Below are positions 26,041-36,970 of a stretch of DNA of 64,000 nucleotides, piece after piece. Position 1 is the first letter of the stretch, and each line of letters opens with the position of its first letter. The stretch spans positions 186,001 through 250,000 of the forward strand of contig NIVC01001413.1 in NCBI GenBank assembly GCA_002269645.1, given 5' to 3'. This DNA comes from Macrostomum lignano. Lineage: Eukaryota. Made by a program: the position numbers and the translations under genes. The notes below the pieces were generated by a model. That model was not told the DNA's origin and did no database searches. It saw only the letters and a program-made list of their open reading frames with translations.

Positions 26041-27224
26041 GTAAGGCTAAATGATCACTTTCTTTAAGTTAAGCAAAGTTGATCTCGGTTAGCGCGTAGC
26101 TGAAGCTGTTAGGTGGTAAAATTAAATATTGTACACCTACATGTTATACATCTTTCAGAGAAAGAAGAAAAGCACACTCAACTGATTGTGGGCGCGCAGC
26201 TCTTGTGAAACTGTTTAACAAGTGCGACTGACTGCTTTGATATTTAAACTGAGTTGTAAATAACGGCAAATATTCAATACAAGCAAACAAGTCTTGTTTA
26301 AATTTTTTTGTTATATTTTGTTACATTGTCAATTTATTTGATTATATCGTTTTACTTATTGTTGACCTCATATTATGTAGCAATCCTTTTAGTTTTATAT
26401 TTGTTCTTGTTTGTGTTAAATTGTCTTTAACGATATGACACAATCATTTATTTGAGTGAAAAACTCGTTTCCAATAAACAGCACGACTTTAAAAAAATTA
26501 GGCTTTAGTTACAAATTTTGGCTTTTTAAGTTAGCTAGTTAGAGTATAGCTGCACCCTGCGGCCATTAACAATATTTCTGGGCTTTGTAACTTAAGTTAG
26601 TAGCCTGAGTCAATGCTTCTACAAGCCCGTAAACTTTTTCAAGTTTTCAGGGAATTCGGGAAATGCTACTGTTTGCATGGATTTTAGCTACAATACTTTA
26701 TTTTCTTTGTCAAAAGATTTCTGCTATTTAGGTTTAGATCATTCGAGTCCTTTTATACTGCTTTGAATCGAAGTGAACCGCAAATGAATCCTGGGTAGAA
26801 CTTAGTAGAGTACGCATTAGGGCTGATAAATGAAATATTTTTAGTGTAACTTTTCATTGAAGATCATATTTAGCGATTGGTATTATACTACCTACATAGC
26901 CGAGTTAGTGGTTAATAATAATTAGAAATAACGTTATATTTTCTACCTATAATTGATAGCCAATAAATTTGACAGGTCCTAAAATGATGCAACAATAGGG
27001 GGCTTCGCGTATACAGAGAGAAAATGCACAATACGTGTTATTAGAAAATGATATTAAAACGTTACATAGAAATCGGCATAGCTGAAGATAAAGGACAACG
27101 GGTATCCGTAAAGATAGCTACAGAATATATTTAGCAATGACGTGCAAAAACATTGCGTCTTAGTTTGAGCTTTAGCTTATGCAAGGGTATGAATCGCCAC
27201 AACAGACAGACTGAAGCTTTGTTG

Positions 27225-28329
27225 TCATTTATTACCGCGCAAGCCCAGCTGTGGCCCAAGCACCGCCAGTGATCTTTTAGCCGGAGCTAGGCTGTCAGTA
27301 ACCCCGGCGTGGCCTCGTTTCCTAGCCATCCTGTTGTCTCCGTCAGCAGCTGGGTTCTCCGCTGACGGCTTGCGCACCACCAGAGCCCGCTCTTTGGCCT
27401 CCTCGCTGTGACTGTACGGACAGCGGTGCCCCCGATCGCATCGACCAGATAGGAAGCGTCTGCACAGCGGTATCCGTTTTAAACCGCTGCTTCTGCTAGC
27501 GGAATTAGTTGCCGCTTCTATCGGGGTCACGTGATGCGCTAATACGGCTAACTTCTTACGCTCGGCTTTATGGTACTCGGTTACAAATGCGGATTCGTGC
27601 TCAGCTGATGCGGCCGCAAAACTTGGCAATAGATTCGAGGAACTACTGGCTTGTTGCTGCTGCCGATTGCTGTTTTGCTGCTTCAAGTCTGTACTATCCA
27701 ATTCACTGTCTTCGAGTTCGACGTCTATTTCAACGAATCCGTCGCTTTGATTGTCGTCTGTGTCCTCGTCGCTGGGGCTGTTGCTATGGTCAGAGGCAGA
27801 CTGAATCAGACCAAAACTGTTGCTGCCGCTAATAAGTTTGCTGCTTCGTTTCTCTTCCGTTGATTTGCTTTCCTCATCTTCAGCTGTTGCAGTGTCTGAG
27901 TTGTGCTCTGGGCAGGAATGTTGAACATATTTAATAACTCAGACTACTTGATAATCACGAGTAAATTTATCCAATGTACATTTAGCTACCAAAGTAAAAG
28001 GACGATACTTTTTTCAATATTTCTTTTTCCATTTTACCTGTGTTATCTGCAACAACTCTGGGGCGCTTTTATAATGACTCTGAGGGCCGTAGAGTCGAAA
28101 TTTTAAATTTCACACCCAGAACATAAAATTTAGAAAATATGAAAAGCAAAAAAAACACATCTCGCTTACCATCATCATATTTAGCATCATCAAAGTCTCC
28201 ATCACTGTCGCCTGCAATTTCGCTCGATTTTTGTTTTGTACTTTTATAATTTTTCACTGCCTCAGCAGCCTCGGGAGCATCGCCTTCGCTCTCGCTGCCG
28301 CTACTATAAGCTACTAGCGCGGATGCCAG
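27225..28329 (-). CDS. CCCH zinc-finger protein (about 280 aa), with no in-frame ATG at its apparent N-terminus
   Basis: Exon 28329-28170 (LASALVAYSSGSESE...) joins in phase 1 to exon 27907-27225 (acidic region, then CRRFLSGRCDRGHRCPYSH, a C-x7-C-x5-C-x3-H finger). Confidence 0.75.
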
Positions 28330-28389
28330 CTTGACGACGAGGCGATAAGATAAATTGATTAAATCTATTATATAAAATAGAAAAATAAA

Positions 28390-30081
28390 TTAACGCTTAG
28401 TAACGGACGCGATAATTGGCTTAGGCCGGTCGCGAAAAACCAGCTTGTTTCGTATGACGCCAACAATTTGATTGCCGCGAATCACAGCCAGTGGCTTCTC
28501 AAGCGGCACCGATTTGCCCTGGATTAAGGGAATTAAGAAAAATGAAATTTATTACAAATATTCTGGTTAATTTTAAATGTCAATCACGAATTCTAGATTA
28601 AGATTAGCTAGAAGATAAATCTCTCACAATTATTTAACTGAAAAAGCAGCGCGTCTATTCTTTTTTCAGCGCTTTGTTACTTAAACTTAATGGGACAGCT
28701 AAAATTTCCTTTCCTTCCTCGGGGTCAAGATAAACAACAAGCATTCGGGTTAGATAAAGCCTAGGGCAGGCCCATTCAGCTCGGCCAATGAGAGCAGTAA
28801 GGAGAGAAGTCAAAATCAGACGGACGAAGCTCAGCCTAGGGGACAGGCACAGTCTAGCTCAGCCAATGAGAGAGCAGTAAGGAGAGAGGTCAGAGTCAGA
28901 CGGACGAAGCTCAGTCTAGGGGGCAGGACCTGTAAGCGATAGCTTACTGATAGTAAAGCTATTTGAACATGGCGCGAATTCCTCACATGGTGGACTAGAA
29001 AATGTCGCCATGTGCAAGGGCGCATAAATAGCAGTTCCACTCAGTTGGCTAGAGGTGGAGCCGACCTCGTGTGGCTATGACTGACTGACGAGGGCAAACA
29101 AGCCCGAAACCGGTCTCAGTCTGCCCCGCATGGTTCGATTCCCACTTTTAGCCGCTGATAGGACCAATCTAGCTCAGCCAATGAGAGAGCAGTAAGGAGA
29201 GAGGTCAGAGTCAGACGGACGAAGCTCAGCCTAGGGGACAGGCACAATCTAGCTCAGCCAATGAGAGAGCAGTAAGGAGAGAGGTCAGAGTCAGACGGAC
29301 GAAGCTCAGCCTAGGGGACAGGCACAATCTAGCACAGCCAATGAGAGAGCAGTAAGGACAGAGATCAAAGTCAGACATGAGGAAAGCCAAACTGTTTATC
29401 GGTCTGGCTGGGGACCGGGGCGCCGCGCCGCGCCACCCCTTTTCCCTTTTGCTCACTATGCACCCGCACTGGATTTGGATTTTTCAATTTTTCCGGCAAT
29501 CTTCAGTATTGAATTTATTTCTGTTGAAATCAATTACAGCCTAAATTAGTGGGTCTGCTTTTAGAAAGCCGATGGCGATTTTTTCAGCTTTATTATCCTG
29601 TAGACTTAACGGATTTTTAATTTTAGTAAAGCAAAAACGCTAAATTTGCTACTGACAAAAGTAGACTAGTGCATTTTTTGCAAGCGACATATCTTACCTA
29701 CCTATTCTAGTATGTGATGTCCATAAATAAGCATTTGACAAGCGAGGTAAGGATAGTTATTACTAGAACTCTTAATTAATTAATTACCTGCAATAAATGG
29801 TGACCAACAATAAGCAGAGGCTGTCCAGAATGCCGACTAAACAGCAGATCGCCAATAAGTCCGCCGCGAAGTTTTTCTTCCTGATCAATGAGATTATCTT
29901 CGGCTAAAGTGCGACTTTCAAAACTGCCTTGCAATTCAATGAGACTCCAGCAGCCTGTTTGGTTGCCGGATTCCAGCTGTGGCAGCTGCACAGTTAGCTG
30001 CTGAAGTTGAGCATTTAAAGTGCTTATTTTTAGCAATTTGAAGTTGAAATTATATTGTAAGCCTGGAAATTTCATGGCCAA
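28390..30081 (-). CDS. CHTF8: Chromosome transmission fidelity protein 8 (CTF18-RFC subunit)
   Basis: Exon ending at 29788 (WSLIELQG...GLIGDL...QPLLIVGHHLLQ) joins in phase 0 to exon 28518-28390 (GKSVPLEKPLAV...KLVFRDRPKPII). The start is either ATG 30081 or a spliced start near 29997-30000. Confidence 0.9.
28931..29160 (+). mobile_element. Solo-LTR-like / retrozyme-like insert, about 230 bp
   Basis: Flanked by GGACC direct repeats (28926-28930 and 29161-29165), with imperfect terminal inverted repeats TGTAAGCG...CGCTGATA, an internal CATAAATA, and a hammerhead. Confidence 0.6.
29079..29121 (+). ncRNA. Minimal type I hammerhead ribozyme
   Basis: Stem I GACTGA/TCAGTC, core CTGACGA, stem II GGGC-AAACAA-GCCC, GAAA, palindromic stem III CCGG, and a GTC cleavage triplet ending at 29115. 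Confidence 0.85.
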
Positions 30082-31841
30082 ATTTCATATATTTTTTTCT
30101 TCGAAACCTTGTCTATAAAAACAAATCTATATAAAAAAGAATTAAAGAAGTAAATATTTTGCAAAATGTTAAGTCAAACAAATCCCTTAATTTCATATAT
30201 CAAAGAATTAATAAAGAAATTGAGGAGGCTGCTGAGGATCACTGGGTTAGAAAATTTGCAAGTCATTGTAAATTTTACAATTAGATGTCTTTTTTATGCT
30301 AAGCCAAACCTCTCTGCATCCAATTAAACAGTTGTTTACAGCTACTTGGCTGTTGTGGCAAGTGGAACAGACAGATTAGTAGTGCTGCAGAAGAATTTCC
30401 TGACCATCAAGTGCTAGTAGCCTTTGTGGCAGGGGGATGCCACTGTTCGATAATAACATTAACTGAAATTTACGTAACATCCCCGGGATTTTTTTCTGTC
30501 ATCATTCCTTCCCCCGGTGTGAGTTCTCCCTCTCCTATCCCTGGCCCTGTTTGTCCCGTTGTTGTTTCTGCATTTTCTCCCCATTTGTTCCAGTGTTTTT
30601 CTGTCTGGTCCATCCCTGGTGTCCCTTCCTTGTCCCCTTTTTCCTTCTGCTGCCCTTCTCAACGTACTATTTAAACTTTGTGTTCAGTGCGTTATTTTGC
30701 ATACTCTGCTTCCTCTGCTCTGTTCTACCATTACTTTGCCCTGCTCTCTTAGTTTTAACAGCCAGGTGTTTAATAGTTATTTGCGTGAATAGTATAGTCG
30801 CCTAGTTACAGTTCTATTTTAGTAGCTTGTGCCTCCGGCACCCGTGGAAAACCTTGTCAATTAATCAGTTATTCAGCCTGCAAATTTAACGATAATAATA
30901 AACCAAAGCAAACCCCAACTTAATTATTTTTATTAATATTTCCGTTGACACTAAGCCATAGTCTCTCTTGAGTCATTGCCCGTGGGGCATAAAATAACCA
31001 AGTCTTCATCTCAAAGAAAGCTCTGAGACTTATCCATTCCGTAATACATAAATTACGGTGGTGGCAGCAACTACCCTATTGAAAACGAGCTCAGCAAATG
31101 ACATAATTGTTTACGGTGTCAACAATCTCCAGTGTTTCATCGCTTTGAATGACCCGGGCTGCTACAAGACCGCTCGACTACGAATACGACTACCCTCCCC
31201 CCGGAATTGAGGAACCTGGCAGCTGGAGTAAAAGGAGAACTTTGTTGTGATTTGTCTGCGCAATTTTCCAGAATTAATTTGTGCGAACTCAATGCCATTT
31301 GGTTTTCAAAGAAAACCCAGCATTTCAAACCCACCAACATCCAGAGAAATTTTATTTTTCATCCTTCTCCACCCCCACCTCACCTTGATGGCATTCTCAA
31401 AAGTCTAAGAACCTACTTTATAGGAAGAAACTTAAGCACTAGTAACAGGTACAAAAACTACATTTTTTATTTCAACACAAGTTCAAAAGAATTGTTCAAA
31501 TTCAAGGCTAATTTACTTGAATTTTAGATGGTTTCTATCTACTATACTGGTTCTAATTCTTTAGTTTTAGGAATGGTTTTCAACTTGTTTGATTGCTATA
31601 GGCTTACAAATGTGTTCACTAAAAACCATTTTCAGATTCATAAAGTATCAATCATTTATTTTGCAAGAAGTTCTAAGAAGTATTCAGAGAAATTTTGTAA
31701 GGGGATCAGGAGTATATACAAAAAGAGTACATGCATTAGAAGTACATGCTAAAAGCAAGCACTATAACCCTCTAATCTCAGTAATACCCAGACTAGAAAA
31801 GTAGTACATGTACCAGTAGACTACCAATAGGCTACCAGAAC

Positions 31842-32275
31842 AAGTAATGGGCACCACTAAATTTATTTTTAGCGCCACTAATTAGCGCTGTTGCTAACTG
31901 ACAGAAGAAAAAAATTAGTGATTGCTAATAGCGGGCACTATTTCTATTTTGAATTTAGCACAATTAGCGCCACTAATTTTAAAATGTGCTAATTAATAAA
32001 TACATTTAATATAAACTGTCATTTCATATGTATCTATGCATTTTTGCATATTTTTAACTCATACATTTTAAACAATTTATTTTTATTATCAATCCTAATA
32101 AAAAATCCTCAAGCCGCTGAACTATCAGAGCAACAGTTGGTAGAAAGAGTTCCTAAATTACAATGCTGTTTGCCTTGAAAAACATCAAGTGCCCTTGCTA
32201 CAGTGGCCATGACCTTCTTATACTAGTGCCCTGTATATACTAGTGTCTTATACTAGGTACTAGTGCCCATCACTG
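31842..32275. mobile_element. hAT-type MITE
   Basis: TIRs (A)AGTAATGGGCAC / GTGCCCATCACTG with an exact 8-bp TSD ACCAGAAC (31834-31841 and 32276-32283). Confidence 0.8.
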
Positions 32276-32914
32276 ACCAGAACATTACCAGAATGCTACA
32301 AGAATGCTACTCAGACTTATACAAAAAAGGTAAAATACTTATACTTCTATGGGATTATTAAAAGAGAAGTTTAGTACTAGTACAACTTTGGTAGCATCAA
32401 AAGATTAAATTAAGGACCTGCAACAGTATTAGTATCATGCTATAAAGATTGCAAAAGACAGAAGAAACAGACCTGTCACAACTTGGTGGCAGCAGCAGGA
32501 TTTCATTTAAAATTTCATATGTAGATAACTTTCTTAACATTAAATTTCCAATTTTAGGGAAGGAAAGCTTAGACAAAGAAAATAAAATTCAATTGAGTGT
32601 TTGTTGACAATAATTTGTAGAGTGAAAATAAAGGAAATGAAGAATTGAACAGTGAAGATACAAATAGAGTGACTGACTCAGATGATACATCAGAAGAGGA
32701 AGGAGAATTAGAATTAGAGATGGAATGTGCTCAGCTAGAGAAAAGGTTATAATCTGAGACCACAAGGCAATAGAATGACTCAGCAAAAAGGTATGATAGG
32801 ATTTGTATGCCAAAGGTGCTATATGATATATTTAGAACAATAAGAACGAACAAATGGCCATTAAAAGCAATGTAGATCAGTTAAAATTTCATATTAATAT
32901 CTAGCATTTTCCAA

Positions 32915-33525
32915 GCGAATTGAGCCTAAGAGCAAGCAATTTAATCCTTAAGGAGAATCAAGCCATTGAAGACTTGTTTTTCATTTTCTATGGCCCAAAG
33001 AGGGGGTCTATGAAGCAACCAATTTGAGAATCTGGGCATCCAATTAATCCCTTTTATAGTGCTTGTATATTTTTTATGAATACAACTAATGAATTCAATG
33101 AATTATACAACTTCATTGAAATGTTTACAAATAGATAGCATATTAATAAACAATTGACATTAATATTCTAATGTTAGAAAAACCCCAATCAAAATAGGCA
33201 AAGGCAAAAACATGGCATATACCATAAACTAAAAACAACTTTGTCTCTCACAATGCTCATCTACTGCATCTTGGGCTATAGCTAAACTTTTATTACTGCT
33301 CTGCTTGCTAAATTCTTTGTTTGCCATATCTATTGTCTAATAAAATCTATTATATTCTATCATCTAAGGCTTACACAACTGTGGAATGTTTTAATAGCAT
33401 GTCTAAATTCTCAAATTGGTTGCTCTATAGACCCCCTTTTTAGGCCATAAACAATGAAAAGCAAGTCTTCAATAGTTTGATTTTCCTACAAAAGATTAAA
33501 TTGCTTGTTCCTAGGCTCAATCCAT
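32915..33525. repeat. Old inverted repeat pair (about 120-bp arms), probably a MITE relic
   Basis: 32920-33037 is the diverged reverse complement of 33400-33522. Confidence 0.65.
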
Positions 33526-35397
33526 AGTCCCAAGTATACACTATGTATGCAATAATTTTTTTTGCTTTGCACACTGCACACAAAGTGGGGTAAGATTGCA
33601 AAAGGCAGCTATAGAGGCTTTGAGTCTGATTCTAAGAAACAATGTCCAATGAAGTATTACATTTTTAACGAAAGATAGAAGATAAACAATACTTATATAA
33701 GTTACTATTAGACAGAATAGTAGTCACATGACTGCTCTCAGCCAATAGTGACTTACATGTGTGTGTGTGTTGCCAATAAAAATGGCCAAGGTTGCGCATG
33801 TATAACCTAAATAATCATATATTACCATGTAATAATAAAAACATTGCATCTTTCATACTTACTTTAGGCCTTAAAATAATTATTTAAAAAAGTATCACAT
33901 ATTTTTTTTAAAAGCCTAAAAAATCCTATGAAGCACAGGCCAGCTATAGTACCAAGTTTATAGCCCTGATAGTAGTAGAATGCCAAAAACTTGAAATTGT
34001 CACTATTGTCCAACATGCCAAAAAAACTTTTTCAACTCCTTGCTCCACACCATGCATGCAATACTAGACTGCTTGGGACCTTGTTGTATGCAAGAATTTT
34101 CCCAACTAAATAGCATCTTTAGGAGTATAGGGCTCAATTGGCTTGAAAAATGCTATAATTATAGTTATTTGCTTATAAAATTTGACGTTGTACATAAAAC
34201 AAATCTGTAAATACTATTATAATCTGCTAGATGCAATGTTTAATTTGATATATTACTCAAGAAAATATCTTACAAAATATAAAAATTAAAAAAATAAATA
34301 AATAATCAATTTAAATATACAAAATTAAAAATCAAAGTGTCAAATCTGCTAGGGCCTAACCTAAGCATACCCCACCTTGGAACATAATGATATCATCCAG
34401 TTTTTTGGCTGCCAGCCTATTAAATACAAACTCACTTTAACTGCTACAACGCCCTATAATTTATTACAAGTTATACAAATATAAATATATAAGTTTCCTT
34501 ATATACCTACAAAAGGAGTATATATATATGCATTAAAACTTGAAATTACCATACTAAAAGTAAAAGCAAGCACTTTAACCCTCTAATCTCAGTAACGCCC
34601 AGACTAGAGAAGTAGTACATATACCAGTAAGACCACTCAGGCTATCAGGTAACGAGAATGCGGTTATCTTCAAGTTTCGTTCGTTTAATTCCAACACCCA
34701 CCCCCCACCACCCTTGAATAGAGGGCGAAAATAATTCCGGAAATAATTAAACGAACAAAACTTGAAGATTGCCGAGAATGCTACCAGAATACTATTTAGA
34801 CTCATACAAAGAAAAGGTAGAATACAACGATAACGATAGGACATAGGATTATTATTAAAAGAGAAGTTTAGTACTAATACAACTTTGGTGGCATCAGAGA
34901 GATTAAATTAAGGGCCTGCAACAGTATTAGTATCAGCAGTTAAAGATTGTGAAAGACAGAGAAAAAACACCCATCGCATACATTTTTAGGAAAAATTCAA
35001 ATAGCTAATAAATGTATTTTCATTTTTGGTTATCAAAACTGCTATTAAGTCCTTTGCTATAATGCCATTGGCTTTTGACTTAAGGCAACAATAGCCAGTC
35101 TACAAACGAAGTTTAACGGCTAACGAAACGAAGTATTTAAATAAGGAATTATAAAACAAGTACTGTATGAACTTGATGGAGAGCAATTCTTGTGAATTTG
35201 AATCTGCCACAAACTTTCCGCGAAGCGCATCCCGATTTAAGCAAAAACCTAACAGGAAATTGCATAAAGATCTTTCAATAGGGTGCCTGCGTACTATCTG
35301 AAGAGATTATTTACTACACAGTTTCTGTATTGCTTCGTTAATAGCTTATTTGATTTAAAGTTCTGCAAATAGCGTGCCTGCAATTAATCTCTATCAG

Positions 35398-36095
35398 GGG
35401 CCGATTTCATAAAAAAACTACAAGTGACAAGTGACAAGTCGACAAATGACAAGTGACAAGTGTCAAGCGTCAACGATTTTGGTTTCATAAACATCACGCG
35501 TTACTAGTGTTAAAAATAACTCACTTGTGTGTCTATGGTTGAACCACCTTATAAAATCGATCGAGCCTTTTGACAACAGACCAAAATCTTAGGAGTTATG
35601 TCTTGCTTTGCTTTGACGGATTTGCTTAAAAGACGGCCTCTGTGTTCTTCTCGGTCTGTAATACTTTATTTACTGCAATGAAAGACAAAGAGGAAGCGAA
35701 GCTGAGCAAGTAAAGGTGTCTTCTTAAGTTAAAACTCTTTGCGCAGGTCCTAGAGCCACTAGGAGCTCTAATTCTTCGTCTTCGCTATCGGACATGAAAA
35801 GATAAAACATAAGAAAACGATTTGATAAAAGCTACAAGTGTCACAGCGACTTGTCAAAAACACATGACAAGAGGAAGTATTTTTACACAGAATTGCTAGC
35901 ATCCAGCTTATAGTGCATGTCTATGGACGAAAATCCCGAAGAAACGCTTGTAATTTGTCAAATTTCGCTTGTCACTTGTCACTTGTAACTTGTCGATTTG
36001 TCAAATTGTAGTTGTTTTTTATGAAACGCATTATTTTTTGGAATTGTCACTTGTCACTTGTAATTTGTCCGACAAGTGCTTTATGAAATAGGCCC
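35398..36095. mobile_element. PIF/Harbinger-like MITE
   Basis: TIR GGGCC(G/T)ATTTCATAAA, 3-bp TSD CAG (35395-35397 and 36096-36098), and subterminal GACAAGT repeats in inverted orientation. Confidence 0.78.
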
Positions 36096-36970
36096 CAGGT
36101 ACATTTCTTCTTTATTCAAGCCAGAATTCTTTTCCTATTAACTAAAAATAGCTGTTTCAATCAGGGGAGTCGCATAGTTAAAAATTGATAGTTTATCCCG
36201 TATTTAACTCGAATTGAAAGAATATATCAGCAGAAAAGAATTTTATCTACAGAAGTACACTGCTGTAAATACAGCAAAGAGAGATACACGCTATAGCTGT
36301 GTCATATGTATGGGATCAAAGAGGTTTTTGTAAATTAATTATTTTTAAAATCGGTCAGCTCATGTAAAATTTTAATTATAATTTTTACCGAATTCCAAAA
36401 AAATCCAGAAACAAAAGAGAAGAGAAGAGAGAGCTGGAGAGCTAGGGAAGAGCTACATGTAGGAGAGGAGAGAAGAGAGAGGAGAAGAGAGGAGAGATCG
36501 ACTTAGCAGAGACACAACATTGAGCGGGCCGCCGATCATGCTACTGTGAGCTGTTTCAAAGGACCCGAGAGGGCTGGATATAGAGAGGCGATCGCAGGCC
36601 GCATGTGGCTCACGAGCCAGAGTTTGCCGACCCAGCTGCATACAGCACGCGGGATCGGCATGGTCCAAGTGCAAGTGAAGCTCTCATTTCAATGCAAGAA
36701 AATTCTCTGTCAAAGAGAAAGTTACTACTGCGATTTAACTATCTCATTTGATTGTATTCCGACAGCTAACGGAAGCAGGTAAGTATAAATCTATTCATAC
36801 TACTGCATTCACATGGATTTATTAGCAGCGAATTACGTTGATTAATCCTAGAATTGAATTAGCTGATTTCATTTCTCTAAATATATCTCTCCCTTGCCAA
36901 AATTAAAAAAAGCTTAAAGGATGTTGCCTTCTGCAGCTACATGCCTGTGATTAGCTTCAACAGCAAGGAA

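Larger units (their letters stand above)
28778..29380. repeat. 80-bp tandem repeat (about 5 units) in the CTF8 intron, interrupted by an insertion
   Basis: Unit AGCTCAGCCAATGAGAGAGCAGTAAGG...GGCACAATCT; period of 80 seen at 29171 and 29251. Confidence 0.92.

Noticed and set aside
28415-28440. Possible frameshift in CTF8 exon 2
   Set aside because: Recounting the T run gives an intact VFRDRPKPII frame.
32500-32820. Possible CR1/L2 RT C-terminal remnant
   Set aside because: Only a vague SIALW resemblance, with stops; too weak to call.
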